Shown: positions 1 to 14,285 of the stretch, piece after piece
Layout of the letters: every line of letters begins with the position of its first letter
Position numbering within the stretch: the stretch's first letter is position 1
Assembly: GCA_028534125.1 (NCBI GenBank)
Contig: CM052818.1
Location: forward strand, 8,434,001 to 8,498,000
DNA length: 64,000 nucleotides
Direction: 5' to 3'
Origin: Lama glama
Lineage: Eukaryota
Notes under the pieces: generated by a model
Databases searched by the model: none
The model's input: only the letters and a program-made list of their open reading frames with translations
What the model was told of the DNA's origin: nothing
Made by a program: the position numbers and the translations under genes

Positions 1-330
1 AGTGTGGTAATGTATAAAGGTAGACAAACAGATCATTGGAACAGAAGTGAGTGCAGAAATTGACCCACACATGTGCAGTCAATTAATTTTCCACAAAAGT
101 GAAAAGGCAATTCAGAGAAGAAAGAATAACTTTTTCAATAAGGTGTTGAGATGACTGGATATCCATATGCTGAGAAAGAACAAGCAATAACAAAAATATG
201 AAGACACACAAAAAAAGCTTCAAATCATACCTTGTACCATATAAATCTATAAAGCTTCTAATGAAAACATAGAAGGAAACTTTTGAAATCTTGGCTAGAC
301 AAAGATTTCGCATATACTACATCCCAAGCA
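1..330 (+). mobile_element. Old LINE-1 ORF2 fragment (L1M-type)
   Basis: Degenerate L1 ORF2 text: gatcattggaacagaa...cagaaattgacccacac...tttttcaataaggtgttg...ctggatatccatatgc. Confidence 0.75.
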
Positions 331-369
331 AGGTCTTGTGAATTAATACTATCTTGTATTTATCTACTT

Positions 370-1160
370 ATCTCCATGTCTGTTGTCACCACTTAGCCTT
401 GGCCACCATCATCTTTTGCCCAGACAATTTCTGTTTCCATTCCCTCCTACTTCTACCTCTGCCCCGTCTGACCATTTTCATAAAAGTGAGAATGATTTTT
501 TGAAGCATCATATAATTTCCCTGCTTAAACTCTTTAACAGGTTCTCAGGTCCCTTAGGATAACATGGCCCTCAAAGGGCTGGCATGATCTAACGCTTCTC
601 GAATTCTCAGCTTCATCTTGCACTACTCATCCTGCTTGCTCATACTGCTCGAGCCACACTTGCCCAACAGTTCCTCTAAAATGTCAAACTCCTCTGATAT
701 GACAACCATGGCTGTTCCTTCAGCATAAATTACCCCTTCCTCTCTCCTTCGTTATCCAACTAGCTAATCCATACTCATCTTTCAGACCTCAACATAAATG
801 GCACTTCTATGGAGAGGTTTTATTTGACCCCCAATTTAAATTTACACCCCAAGGCCTTTACACTTGCTGTTTTCTCTGCCAGGGAAGCATATGTCTTACT
901 CCTTGACATCATTTAGGAAACTAATCAAACATCACCTTCTCAGATAGACCTTTCATGACCACTAATTTAAAAGATCATCCTGCCACTACTCTTTAACACT
1001 TATTACTTTGCTTTATTTTCTTATCCAATATGAAATGACATTTAATTATTTGTTCACTAATTTGTAATCTTTCTAACTCTCAAGAATGTGAGCATCCCAA
1101 GGGCAGGGCTTTGTCTTGTTCACCACTCCATCCATATTGCCTAGCACATAGCAGGACTCT
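370..1160 (+). mobile_element. LINE-2 3' fragments
   Basis: L2-like phrases ccctgcttaaac, ggcatgatct, agggcagggctttgtcttgttcacc, cctagcacatagcagg. Confidence 0.6.
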
Positions 1161-4100
1161 GGGAATCTGCTATATAAATTTAGAAGCTCAGTCTTGAAAG
1201 GAAGAGAGACATGTAAATGAACAACTATAATACAGAGAGGTATGGGAAATGAGTGAGCACCACAAAGGATGGAGGTATAGTCTTTGATTTGATGTCTCGG
1301 AAGAGATCCTTACACAGGAGGCACTTGAGTTAGATCCTAAGAGATGCACAGGAGTGGATTCACTGGAAACTCTAGGTAAAGGTCTTACAAGTACCACCAT
1401 AGAGGAATGGAAGAGAAAGTATGTGAAGGAAACTGTAAATATTGGAGAAAGAAAGACCACTGCACAGGGTTCATGTGAGGGGAGTGCTCATAATATTTCA
1501 CCTGCTCAAAATGTCTCTCCTCCATTTCTGTGTCCCAATTCTACCAAACCAGTAAGATATAGGTTCAAATGTCATTTCCTCCATGAAACATTTTTTTTGT
1601 CTTTCCTTTCTCCCAAATTCCATAACACATTCCATACATCACAGTTCCTTATAATTTACCCTCTAAAATCTTCCTACTTTATGGATATTTAATTACTCTA
1701 CATATATTATTTCCCCTATAAATCTTTTACTACTTGTAATCCAAATACCAAAAAGATGTCAAAAATAAATTAGAAAGATAAGTGATCATTCTTTAGATTT
1801 GGTGGTGGTGAAAGGAGGTATGTATTACTAACTTGTAAATGATCACTGTTAAATCACAGATTGGGGGTAGGAACTCATTAAAAAACCTGTGCTAGATGAA
1901 GAAACTATGGAAGAATTTTTCTCCTTTGGAGGAGCAGACATTTTGGCTCAATAGGTTTAGACTTTTCTGCCTTATCCCAAATTTTCAATCATTTATTTTC
2001 AATAACTTATTAATATCTCTATTACTATCCTCTTACATGCATTCATTCCTTCACATATTTTTAAACTAGAATTACAGGCATTATGAGTGCTAACTACTAT
2101 ACAACAGATTCACATTGACAGAAATTTATTCCAAGAATGCTACATTAAGTTTTAGCAGTTTAAGTATTTTCATATACAATGTTAAGACTTAGCATGTCAT
2201 TTTGAAAAACCAAACTGATATAACCATTTCATGTTTATTTTTCCTCATAAACTTTCCCACTAAGCCCTCTAAAGAACTGTCATATATTAATAGTTGAAGT
2301 ATAAAATTATCTCCTTCTTTAAATGCTTCTTTATTCATTTTGGTTTTTCTTCACAGCTCCAAGATTACTGACTACTACAAGAGCTCACTTAGGGGACTAA
2401 TGTAATCAAGAACCAGAGGACACTGATGCTAAAACAGTGCTTCCAGGATGTACATTTAGTATATAATAGACAGAAACGTTTAGATTTTGTTTTAAATTAA
2501 ATCATCTGAAAAGAGAATCTATATAATAAACTAATGTTCTTTCAAAAATAAACCAACTCCATTTTTAACATGAAACAAAGCAAAATAAGATGAAATAAAG
2601 TCATTTATATGCAATAACTGTTTAAAAATGTTTCACGTATACTAGTCAGAAATAAACACTTGTCTCACTATACATATGATTATTCTGGAGTCTTTTGTTA
2701 CTTTGCATTTAGAATCTAATAGAATAATGTGTGTGCAATATTTATAGTTTGACAGACCAAAATGGAACAAATAAGATGATAGAAAGTAGGATTCACAAAT
2801 ACCATTTAGTAGTAATTCTGATTTTCCTAACCATAGCCACTTTCCAACCATGTTTTTAAAAGTAATATGTATGTATTTTTTCAAACTGCATCTTTGCAAT
2901 ACAAAAAGGAAAAAAGTTAAAGCTTATTTAAAGGACAGCAATTTTAAAACTGCAAGATAATTTCATCATAATTACAAAAGACCTATAGAGGTATTCTGGA
3001 CTACTTTCACTCTTCTGTATTTTTGGTATTTGGTAAACTTATTTTCTCTCCCCCCACCTCTCCAACCCAACACTCCCTGCCCATACACACACACTACAGA
3101 TACTCCCTTTAAGCAACAGGGCATCAACAATCCTCCCACGTTCAATGTCGGCTACATCTGTTGCTCTTTTCCCATTGTTGAAAATTCCTGCCTTAATCCT
3201 ATTTGACTTTATTCATGCAAAGGTCATCCTGAATTCAACAACGGAGGAGTGATGGCAAAGCACACTGCTAAATGTGGCCAAAAAAACGATAAACATTGCC
3301 GTGGAACATGTAACTAATAATGTGATCACACTGTCTCAGAAGTACTTGATGCATTTTATGGAGGCCTCCAAGCCTGAAGCCTCCAATAATGAACTTGTTT
3401 TATGTATTACTAACAGATGTGCTAAACATCGTAACAATTATAATAATTATCTTGATTCTTGGTAGCATATTGCTGTTTCTTTTTTCCTGAATCAAGTGTT
3501 GAATGTTAATATTACTAATTGTGCCTACCTTCATAAGCATGGATTAAGTCAGAGAATCCACTCTAACCCTATTATCAACATTAATGTTTGGCAAATGCAG
3601 CCTTTCCTTTCAATTCTCAAAATCTTCCAGTGAAACTAAATTACTGTATTCAATTTAAAAGATAAGTACCAATGCCAATAAGCAGCAAAATAGATGGGTT
3701 TGGTTGTGTCTCAAAACTCTTTTCAACAGACACTGATTATGAACTACAGCTATAATGTATCATGCCATAGGCCTTTTTCTTTATGCTAAATATAGCTCAA
3801 ATCTATAATTTATTGCCATCCATATACATCGGACCAAAACTAGGAGACATTAATAGGAAGATTAAAGAAAGTAAGCACTAAAATAAACTTGACTAAAGAA
3901 AGATTTATGAGGTGAAGATAATTATTTTTAATGTGCTCATAACTCACCATGACTAAAATATGAAAACACTTACTCACACAAGCTTATGTTCAAGTTAAAA
4001 AAGACGTCTGCCAACTTAAGAACCAAGCTCACTCAGTTTCAAGTAATCAAGGAAAAGTCCATTGTTACTACCATGGCTTAAAAAAAAAATCTTGTCTATT

Positions 4101-4779
4101 ATACGCCATGTTGTTGGCCTTAAATTAGATTTTCAGTGTAAGGTAAAACTGAATATAGGATTAAAAAAAATTCCTTACTTATCATAAAAGCCAAATAGCT
4201 GCCACTGTCTCATAATATAAAATAACCTAATATAAAGATATATTTGCCAAGAAAATATGCTAATACATAGTTTTATCTTGACAGCAAAAATGTATGAATA
4301 TATATAAACAAGATAACATCATTTGTCATCAAGCTCATCAATGTATTTTACTATAATTTATCAAATTCTGATAGATAAAACTCTAGATAAAATTTAAAGG
4401 ATATAAAAATAAAAGACAAAAACTGGCCCATTTAAAAATTAGATACCCTCATTTTTTAAAAAGCCTGGGAGATAATTAGTTTTATTGAATCATATTTTCT
4501 CAATGATGCAATTTTAAGTTAAATATTTAGCCTTCATTTTCAATTTTTCTTATATTGGTAGTGGCTTATCAGACCATGATTTCTCTTGTTTCCTAGGCTT
4601 TTGGGTCTTATAGTTAAGGCACTATAGAACCCTTAAAAGTACTAGCAAAGTTTACTATTTAAAGGAGGCTTTCCAAATTCTATTTTTATAAATAAAAGAC
4701 TCTTTTTAGTAAGTCATTACTCAGTAAATCTGCAACAAATTAGTATTTGCCTGAAATGTGGCACATTTATACTAGAAAG

Positions 4780-4950
4780 TATGTGATGTAATGAATGACC
4801 TAAACTTTGCCTCAGTTTCTTGAGTTTTAAATGGGGAAGACAGCACCCACCCTATCTACTTCAGGATTTTGTACAGAGAATAAAATAAATCGTGTATATT
4901 TAAATATTTTGGAGACTATAAATCACTTTATAAATTTAAAGAATTGTTAT
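4780..4950 (+). mobile_element. MIR SINE relic
   Basis: Core-like gcctcagtttcttgagttttaaatgggg...cctatctacttcaggattttgt. Confidence 0.5.
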
Positions 4951-5064
4951 TATGCAAAGGGAACTCTGTCAACCAATCAGTAGTTATATTTCTTCGAAGC
5001 AATATTTAGTTCATATGGAAACAGACTGAAATAAACCAAAGTAAAAAGTTCTATGTCAAAAAAT

Positions 5065-5560
5065 ACTTACCAAGCACTTACTACATGCTAAACACCCATG
5101 CTAGGACTCTAAGGGCATAGAAATGAAGAAGTCCCTGATTTCTCAGAGCTCCTAGAGCAGTGGGGGAAAAAAAAAGTAAACTAATGAAGTACTTAGGTAG
5201 AAGACAGTGATTGAGAAAAACGGGAGTAGCCAGGGAAGGCTTTATATATAGAGTAGCCAGGGAAGGCTTCTTTAAAGACCTGACATTGAGAAGAGATGCT
5301 ACATATGGAGTGAAAAACAAATGTAAAGGTCCTGAGGCAAGAATGAGCTGGGCATGCATGATGATGAGAAGACCAGCATGGCTCTAATAGAATAAAAAAG
5401 GCAGTGGGTGGAAGGAAATAAGGCTGGAGAGAAAAGCAAAGACCAAATAACGTTAAGTCCGTGTAGGTCTTGATAATTTTATTCTGCAATGGGAGGCCAA
5501 TGGTGGGTTTTCAGTGAGGCAGTGAAATAATCTGATTGATGATTTTAAAAGGTAATTCCA
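5065..5560 (-). mobile_element. LINE-2 fragment
   Basis: aagcacttactacatgctaaacacccatgctagg...agggaaggcttc...aaaggtcctgaggcaaga...caatgggaggccaatgg, reverse L2 3' region. Confidence 0.65.
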
Positions 5561-5989
5561 GTGAGATTTTCAGTTCCAAAAGACACTGTGGAGAACTTTA
5601 CACTTCAAAACAGCCAGATCCTCCATAAAATACAAAATTTTATTGAATTCCTGGGCACAAAAATCTTTTTCACATAAAGGAAAAACTGAGGAGTGAACAG
5701 TGAACTCTTATGAAAGACGAGAGTTCCCCAAGGGCAGAAAAGTATTTTTGCTTTGAGTATATCTCTGTGTATGTTATCTTTCTCAGTAAGTAAACATATA
5801 AATATTTTTACAAATTGGCATATCCCTACAACCAAGAAATCAATTCTGGCTGAACATCAAAATCATCTTGATAATTGACAAAACAAAACTGACAACTAAT
5901 TTCACTTCTACAGATTATAATTTACTGGTCTGATGTAAAGTCCAAGCACTGATATTTTTAAAAAATTTCCTAGCTTAAGTTGAGAACCA

Positions 5990-6570
5990 TTATCCCAAGA
6001 AAATATACATGTATATCAAGAGATATTAAAAAATATCCACAGCAGCAGCATTTCTAGCAGCAGAAATCTGGGGAAAATTCTAATCTCTATCATCAGGAGA
6101 ACAAATAAACTGCGGTAAACCCTATGCAATGGAATATTATATAGCAGTAAAAAATAAACTACAGCTACACACAACAACACAGATAAATCATAGAAACATA
6201 ACACTGAGTAAATAGAGAAGCCTACCTAAAGGATAATGCATTTGTGTAAAGGTTGAAAACAAATAAAATTAAGCAACATATTGTTTACGTGTACAGGATA
6301 ATGCCATTTTTCCAAAGCTTGAAATAAACATTGTTTAGAGATTTGTACATATAAAAGAATGGTTAGCAGCTATGTGGTTCACAGGGTGAGGGAGATGGCA
6401 AGCAATCACAGGCAGAGGGAGGGAGCAAAATTACTATAGGTGGATTTGATATTTTTGGTCATGTTTTAGTTTTTAACTTTGCATAGTGTTCACTGTCTTG
6501 CTATGATCCGTAACACATATATTTCATATAATCTTTTGCATGAATGATATATCAAATAATAACAATTTTA
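5990..6570 (+). mobile_element. Old L1 (L1ME-like) 3' fragment
   Basis: ataaactgcggtaaaccctatgcaatggaatattatatagcagtaaaaaataaac...aaatcatagaaacataacactgagt. Confidence 0.6.
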
Positions 6571-6779
6571 AAAAGACTTCTACTGTGTAGAAAATAAACT
6601 TTGGATACAGCACATAAGTAGACATAGAGAGGTAACTGGGAAACTACTGAAATAGTACAGGAGAGAGTGCATGGTGGAGTACACCACAGTGGAATTGGGG
6701 AGATGGTGCGAAGTGACCAGAATTAAAATACATTTTGAAGACTAGAACTTCTAGGACTTACTGATGGAATAAAGAGCCT

Positions 6780-6962
6780 ACGCTGTCCAAAACAGTAGCC
6801 AGTAGTCACATACGGGTATCAAAATTAATCGAAATTAAATAAAATTTAAAAATTAGTTTATTAGCCATGATAGCCACCTTTTAAGTGCACACATGGCTAG
6901 TGGTCACCTTATTAGCACAGATACAGAACATTTCTATCTCCACATAAAGTTTCATTTGATAG
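6780..6962 (-). mobile_element. MER3-like hAT-Charlie non-autonomous DNA transposon nested in L2
   Basis: cgctgtccaaaacagtagccagtagtcacat...aattaaataaaatttaaaaatt...acatggctagtggtcacc...acagaacatttc resembles reversed MER3. L2 sequence flanks it on both sides. Confidence 0.7.
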
Positions 6963-7219
6963 ATGGTGTGTGGGAAATGAAGGAGAAAGGATGGTTCCTA
7001 AGTTTTCTGCCTGAGCAGCTGGGTAGATGGCAGTGCCATTCACTGAGAGATGGGGGAAAGTCAGGGGAACAGCAAGTTTGGAAGGAAAACTGAGAGTTAT
7101 TTTGCACAAGGAGAGATGTTGAGTAGACACAGATCCAGGAGAAGCTGGAACTAGAGATACCAATTTGGAATATATTACTAAATAGGTAATACCTTAAATC
7201 ACAGGATTAGATTTGATTG

Positions 7220-7810
7220 CAAATTGGTACATTCCCTTTGGAAGGCCTTTTGACATTGACTAACAAAATTACAAAGGCATTTTTACCCTTTACCTCGCTT
7301 TAGGACATTAATCTGACATATATGAAATAATCTGTATACAAGGTCATTCACTGCAACACTGGTTGTAATAACAAAAGGCTGGAAACAACACCAGCTATGA
7401 GTAACTGGTTAAAGAAATTATGCTATATTCACATACAGGAATAGAGAAAACAGAATGAGGAAGCGCTCCACATACTAGAATGGAAAGATCTCCAGGATTT
7501 ATTGTTAAGTTAAAAGAGCAAAATTAGGGGGCAGAACAGTGTTTATAGGATGCTACCTTTGGGGCAAGAAAGGAAAAGAATAAGAAAAATTATTTGGATT
7601 TGCTTGTATCTGTGTAAAAACCACTGGGAGAATATACAAAAAGCTAATAAAAGTGGTTATCTTTAGGAAGCTGGGGTGGAGAGGAGTGTAGTATGTAATG
7701 TGAAGGGGGTCAGGATGGCAGCAAGACTTCCTGGTGTGTTATCTTTTAATGTTATTTTGATATTTGAACCATGTCAATATACTACCTGGCTAAAACAATT
7801 CTACCAAAAT
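7220..7810 (+). mobile_element. Old L1 (L1ME-like) 3' fragment
   Basis: aattggtacattccctttggaagg...cattcactgcaacactggttgtaataacaaaa...tggaaagatctccaggatttattgttaagt. Confidence 0.6.
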
Positions 7811-9429
7811 TTTAGAAAAGGAAATAGTATTCAGCTACATTTAATGCTGCTGAAGGGATTAGTAAGATAAGGACTAAAATTGACCACTGGATTAGGCAAG
7901 ACGGAGATGACCTTAACCAGAGAGGTTTCAAAGGCTAGAAGTAGGAAGAAAAGCCTGTTTGGGCTGGACTGAAATAACTAGAGATGACAAGTACAGAAAA
8001 CTTTCCAGTAGAGGGCAGAGAAATTGGAAAGCAGCTGAAGGAACATGTGATGTCCAGAAACTTTTTTTTTTTTTAAAGATGGGCTATATCATACATCATT
8101 TGTAAGCTAATTGAAGTGTCAGGTACAGAGTAAGAAACTGCAGAAAGGAGAGGGACAAAATCAGGATCAAAACTCCTGAGCAGACCAAAAGTATGGGTCT
8201 AACACACAAGTTGATGGGTGGGTGGTCCTTGGATAAAGGAAGGGACAGTTCATTCATTAAAACAAAACCTAACGCAGAATGTGAGGCTACAAATCATGCT
8301 GCTCCTTTCTCAATACACGCAGAACATGCACACATTCTAACCTCAATGGCCTTCCACCATATCTGGGTTTAATGCTCAAATAGTTACTATGGTCCATGAG
8401 ATCCTCCGTGATCTAGGCAGTACCCACCTCTCCAAACTTGCATAACATCACTTGCTCCTTGCTCACTGCATTCCACTTATATGGACCTCCTTTCAGTTCT
8501 TTAAACATGACAAGTTATTTCTTGCTTGGGGGCCTTCATACATACTGCCTGGAATTCCTGTTTCCTACTCTTCCTAATCTTGTCTTATTATCTCTTAATG
8601 AGTCTATTATCTTCTCTCTCTTAGTACTCTATTCTTCTCCTCCAAAGTACTTACACCATGATATTTATGTATATATTTGTGGGTTCACTTTGTAGTTTCT
8701 CTAGAAGTCAGAAACCACATCTAACACAATGCCTGGCACACTGTGGGTGCTCAATAAATAAAAAATTTTATTGTGGTTAAAAAAATACATCGCATTAAAT
8801 TTACCAGCTGAGCCATTTTTAGCTGTACAGTTCAGTACCCAATAAATATATTCTGAATGTGTGAAATGAGCAATATAGTTGCCCAAGCTGGAAACTACTG
8901 GATCATCCTTGATTCTTATTCTTCCCTTTTGTCCCTCAGATACTATTCTTTAGCCTTATCTATTCTGACTATAGTTTTAGTCACCCTTTCATTCCATCTT
9001 AACTGCACTGCTCAGTGGCTCAGATCCCCAGTGATTTCTGGCCTGGACTATTACAAAAGTTTCAGATCTATATCACCACTTCAGGTTCGTCACTATCTGT
9101 CTTCAAAGGGTTCACTCTACTGAAATCTGACTGTTTTTCCTTTACCAAATAGAAACCAAGGGTGTGCAAGGTTCAGCCTGGAAAACAATACAGTGACTAG
9201 TGGCTGTTTTATAGTCTTGGAGCCACTATCTATGAAGGGAGGTCACTGGTGCCAAAAGTCACAGTGAAGAGTTGAAGTTGTCGACAGGGAAGGCGGTGGA
9301 GACAAGGCAATGGAGAGGGAACGTTATGCGAAGCTGCTCTGGAAATGCTATTAATTCTGTTAACAGCAGGGCTCTTTTGTTCAGGGCCCACTCTGCTTCT
9401 ATAGCCATTACTATTATTATTATCATTAT

Positions 9430-9740
9430 TACTGTTAAGATAGAGCTTACATTCAGTAAAACTCATCCTTTCTGTGGGCAGAGGGCAGTTCTGTAAGTCT
9501 GACAAACGCATACACTTATAAAACCTCTACTGTTCTATTACTACCCCCCAAACTCCTATGTATCCCCTCCCAGTGTCCACCTCCCCCCAACAATCACTGG
9601 TGCAGTTCCGTCCCTATAGTTTTGCCTTTAGTAAATGCTACATAAATGAAATCATATAGAATGTAGACTGTAGAGTCTGGCTTCTTTCATTAAGCATAAT
9701 GCATCTGAGATTCATCCATGCAATTGGATGTATAAGGTAC
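9430..9740 (-). mobile_element. Old L1 3' UTR fragment
   Basis: ctatagttttgccttt...ataaatgaaatcatatagaatgtag...tctggcttctttcattaagcataatgcatctgagattcatccatg. Confidence 0.7.
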
Positions 9741-9768
9741 TACAACCTTTTTTTTTAACTATACAAAA

Positions 9769-9833
9769 TTTATTTATTTATTTATTTATGTATGTATGTA
9801 TGTATGTATGTATGTATGTATGTATGTATGTAT
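9769..9833. repeat. Compound (TATT)n/(TATG)n tetranucleotide microsatellite
   Basis: Direct reading. Confidence 0.95.
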
Positions 9834-10192
9834 TTTTCCTACAGCCTTTTAACTGTGCCATTCAGTGCCTGGTTTCATAAATTGTCACTATTCCTATTGT
9901 CTACACAATAAAGTCCAAATTTCTAGCAATCACACACAAAAATATTCAGAACCAGATTCCATTTTTATGTCCAGGTTACTTATAATCACACTAGTTATGC
10001 TCATGGTCTCTTGAAGGAGGAACTTTCTTATTTCAATGCTTTTGCCCATTCCTTCCTTTTGAAATGTCCTTCTCCTCCTTTGTTTGCTCACTTAGTGACC
10101 TCTAATTGTCCTTCAACAGCTCAGATCAATTGTGATCTCTGCTTCCCCCCTCACCACCACTACACTACCCTATACTACACTTCACTCTACAC

Positions 10193-10220
<28 letters not shown>
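10193..10220. repeat. (CA)n microsatellite
   Basis: Direct reading. Confidence 0.95.
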
Positions 10221-10224
<4 letters not shown>

Positions 10225-13200
10225 TTTCCCCTGTCCCTAACCTCTAATGAGGAGTCTTTGGAGGAGAGGTAGTGAGGTATAAATAACACTCATTAATGTT
10301 AGCTCTTACAGTATTTCAGCTTATCTCTATTAGAGCCATAATTACACTGTATTATACTTTTTGTTTGTGTGACTGAGAGATTCCTGAAGACAAAACTTTG
10401 TCTTAGTCATGTTTTCCCTCCTAGTTCATAGCACAGTTCCTTGCAGAGTAAGGGCTACACAAATAATGAACACATGAAGTAGTACAGGAGGGCAAGCATT
10501 TCTGCCCCCATATGTCTTTAAAGATGTATTGTATTTAGTGGACATTGCCTCTCCCAACCCCTCCACCTCCAAAACAAAAACAAAAACAAACTTTGAAAGC
10601 CATTCCTATAGAACATCTCTTTCTCAGGGGAAAAAAAAATCATTATCCTTTTTTCCCTGCTTCATTTATTTTTGAATTGGTTTATTTTTCACCTAAGCAT
10701 AATCAATTAACATTATCCTCAACAAATATTTGTTGGAAATATACTGCCCATTGTCTTGGCAAATTTTAAGATAAATAGTATCATTTCAGTAGAGTTTATC
10801 TTTACTTCATGTTCAGACCCTGGTAAGAGAGCAGTGAGTACCACTGCACTGCCTGCTGCAGCATTTCACATGGCTGGTGTCTCTCACCCAGGGTCAAAAG
10901 GTTAATGCTTGAGAAGTTCTTAGATTCTCTTCTATAGCACTTTAACATCTCATACCCTTAAAAAATGTTCTACAGATGTGCATACATGAGAATATTTCTT
11001 ATAATGGAAATACTCAGGTTACTAGTGATGCTTTATATGATAAATGGAATTTAATCATGATTTTAAACTACATGCTATGTATGCTCAATTTTTTAAAAAG
11101 CATTTGGCAAACCTTATACTGTTCATTTTTAGGTGTTAGGAAGCTAAGAATTAGTGTAGGACTACTTTGATACTTCCTTCAGAGTAAAAAGCTTGACTTC
11201 AGAGTCATATAAAAATGACACTTTTATTGAAAAATATCTTTTAGAAATTTCCATGTATGTCTTTTTATGGTTAATGTTTGTCAAAGTTATGATTGCTACT
11301 CACGGAAATTATAAAGTTCTCATATGTCCGAATTAATATTTTCAAAATTGAGAAATATATGAGTAACATTTTGGTTATATATATTCTAAAGTCTTATCAT
11401 TCAAATATTATTCATACAGATTTGGTAATGGGTTGGTCATGGCATCTCAATTTGTACTAAATAAATGTATTTTGAAGTAATTTTTTTTCCAAAATAATTT
11501 AGAGGTGCTCTATAGGAAACATACTTTTTCCGGGAAAAAAGAAGCAAATAAGTAAAATAACTTCTGTATTAAAAATATTTTATGTTTTAATTAATTCTAT
11601 ATTTGTGAGACTAGCATGGGCTGAAATGAAGGCAACACCTGCTGTACAAGGTTAAGCTTTGTTAAGTGAATTAAAAATATTAGCAAGTTTCAGAGAAATA
11701 GATATAAAGGAAACAATATAAGATGGAAGAAACTTTTTTACATTGTTTGAAAATCTTAAGTGCACATTATTTATATATTTAATTCATTAAAGTCAGGCCA
11801 AATGAAGATCTCTATTTATAATTCAAGTTATTGTGAGTATATGAAAGAATATTTTTCTATTAAAATTAAAAATAAACTCTGCTGCTTATACTAGTCATCA
11901 GGCTTTTCTGCTCTGTACTTATGAGGCTTAATACAAGAAGCTAAATGTGGATGGTCCTTGTTTAAAAAAAAATACCAGCAATGTTTAAACCTAAGTTTTC
12001 CAAAGTAGTTAAAGAGTTAAATATTAAATAGATAAATACTAAAGAGTCTCCCCTGCAACAGCATCTACTGCTAGTGGTGGTGGTGGAGAAATAGCTTCAG
12101 GATTTTTATCCAAATTATTAAATCTTAGAATTAGAAATTATGATGCAGTACAGATAAGCAATTATTTCCTGAGCTTCATAAGGCATTTGGGATATGAGAG
12201 TGGTCCCAAACTATGGCATTTAGTACTGTAACAGAAATACGTACTTCAAAGTAATACTACAAGCATGTATTAAAGTATCAAATATTTTATAAGTTGACAT
12301 TCCTAAAGAATTATTAATATATTCACAATGTACTTCCAACTATTGGCTTTACTTCTCAATAAGATCATTATTAGGTCATTATATATCTAACTTTAAAATC
12401 TTCTTTCTATAACACTATGTTGAATGCTGACTATCAGAAAGTGGTTTTTCAAAAGGACAAAAAGATTCCTGGGTTACAAACTTGAGACCCAATGAAATGA
12501 TCTAATTACATGCAAATCTGCAAAGAAAATGCTGATACATCCTTAGTGATAATGGCATTAATGAACCCAATATATAGTATACATATATATATACTAATCT
12601 TTAGATTACAACTCTTAATTCAGGTATTAAAGAGTTTATATATATCCCACAGTAGTTTGGCCTTCTGTACATAAGTTAGTTAAAGAATACCTATTACCAT
12701 TGAAAATATGTCCTAAATTCTTGCTTGAATGCCATGGAAAAAGTAAAAAAAAAAAAAATACTGAGCCATTTAATGATATCTAGTTACTCCATTAACTCAA
12801 TTGTACTCTGACTGTTTGAGACTCTTCTCCAAGTTCAAACGTGTCAGGCTTGTTCTTCAAGCCTTTCATGTTGGGACTTATATTAAAAAACAGTGCTAAG
12901 CAAGAGGTTTAAGAAAACAAAAAACCTTCACAGAAATGACTATAGGAGTTCAAGTTGTTTATAAATATCTCCCTCATCAACATGTCAAGTTGGATTTTCA
13001 TTGGATTTATAGTTTAGTTTGTTCTAATTTCTTCTTTGACCTACAGATTGCCTGGAAATGTATTAATTTTCAAATACATGGGTTTGTTCTAGCTATGATT
13101 TTTATTGATTTCCAGATTAACTACACTATGTACAATGATGTGAATTCATTTCTTTATGAAGAGTCACTCGATTTTAGGCTCTAAAGTAAGTTGTCAACAG

Positions 13201-13444
13201 ATTTCAGAGGTTATGGTTTTTTTCCCTTATTAACTTATCAAATTTTCTTGAAATACATTTCATAAAGGAAAGTCAGGATAAGTATTTGATTCTTTTCCTT
13301 CATTTATTAATTTGTATAATAAATGAGTTGGTGTCCTAGCAACCTTCAAAGTCAACTGTTTTGTTATTAATATTACAAAGTCATAAATTTTTGTATATTT
13401 GATGTATTTCAATCCTTTTGCAGATACTTATTCTTTTTAAAGGA

Positions 13445-13565
13445 AGTGTGAGAGGGTGCTCACATTGTAGTTTTGATTTGCATTTCTCTAATAATTAGTG
13501 ATGTTGACCATCTTTTCACGTGGCTATTGGCTATCTATATGTCTTCTCTAGAGAAATGTCTATCA
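13445..13565 (-). mobile_element. L1 ORF2 fragment
   Basis: cacattgtagttttgatttgcatttctctaataattagtgatgttgaccatcttttcacgtggctattggc. Confidence 0.8.
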
Positions 13566-13671
13566 AATGTTATTTTAAAATGACTATTTCAAGTAGTTAT
13601 TATTGAGGTTTTCTCACAGAGGAGATAGCAAGATTTGGGTTTATTTGCATCTCCAGAATAAAACTCACATT

Positions 13672-14078
13672 TTGTCTACGGCACGCCTGCTAACTGTTCC
13701 CTAATGTCCATGCTACCCTTCTTCCTTAGTAACAGAACCCTTTAATTTTAGCTGGTTAATGTAATTGTCCGGAATAAAGATTCATTTTCTAGTCTCCCTT
13801 GCTAGAGGTAGGTGTGGATATTTTTTCACTTTCTTCTTGTTGACTGCAAGGGGGTAAACTGGCTGTGGCTCAAACAGCCATCTTGGGCCACAAGGTGGAA
13901 GTCTATGCTGAGCATGGTGGATCAGCAAAACAGGAGACTGGATACCTGATGACTTTGTGAGACTACTGTATCAGGACTGTACCTTCAACATTTTTAAAGA
14001 CAGAGATACATTTCTCTTTGATTTAAACTCATTTGAGGCTTTCTATTGCCCACAGATAATCTTAATTCTAACTGAAAT
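13672..14078 (+). mobile_element. MaLR LTR (MLT1J-like)
   Basis: ccttcttccttagtaacagaaccc...tttctagtctcccttgctag...cagccatcttgggccacaagg...gatacctgatgactttgtgag...ctaactgaaa. Confidence 0.65.
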
Positions 14079-14127
14079 TCCATTAACCAGAGACTTATGT
14101 TTAGTAAGATCTCAAAAAAGAAAAATT

Positions 14128-14285
14128 CCTTAACTTTGTATGACAACAGATAGTTACTAGATTTATGGTGATCATTTCGCAATGTGTTTAAATGTCAAAT
14201 CACTATGCTGTACAGCTGAAACTAACATAGTATTGAACAAATATACGTGAATAAAATTTTTAAAATAAAAAATCAAATAAATAAT
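14128..14285 (+). mobile_element. 5'-truncated L1 3' end
   Basis: ggtgatcatttcgcaatgtg...aaatcactatgctgtacagctgaaactaacatagtattg followed by an A-rich tail. Confidence 0.75.

Noticed and set aside
5224..5269. 19-bp direct repeat gagtagccagggaaggctt (similar short duplications at ~26868-26910 and ~63751-63787)
   Set aside because: Two or three copies only, inside TE relics; ordinary slippage duplications, not CRISPR or a functional array.
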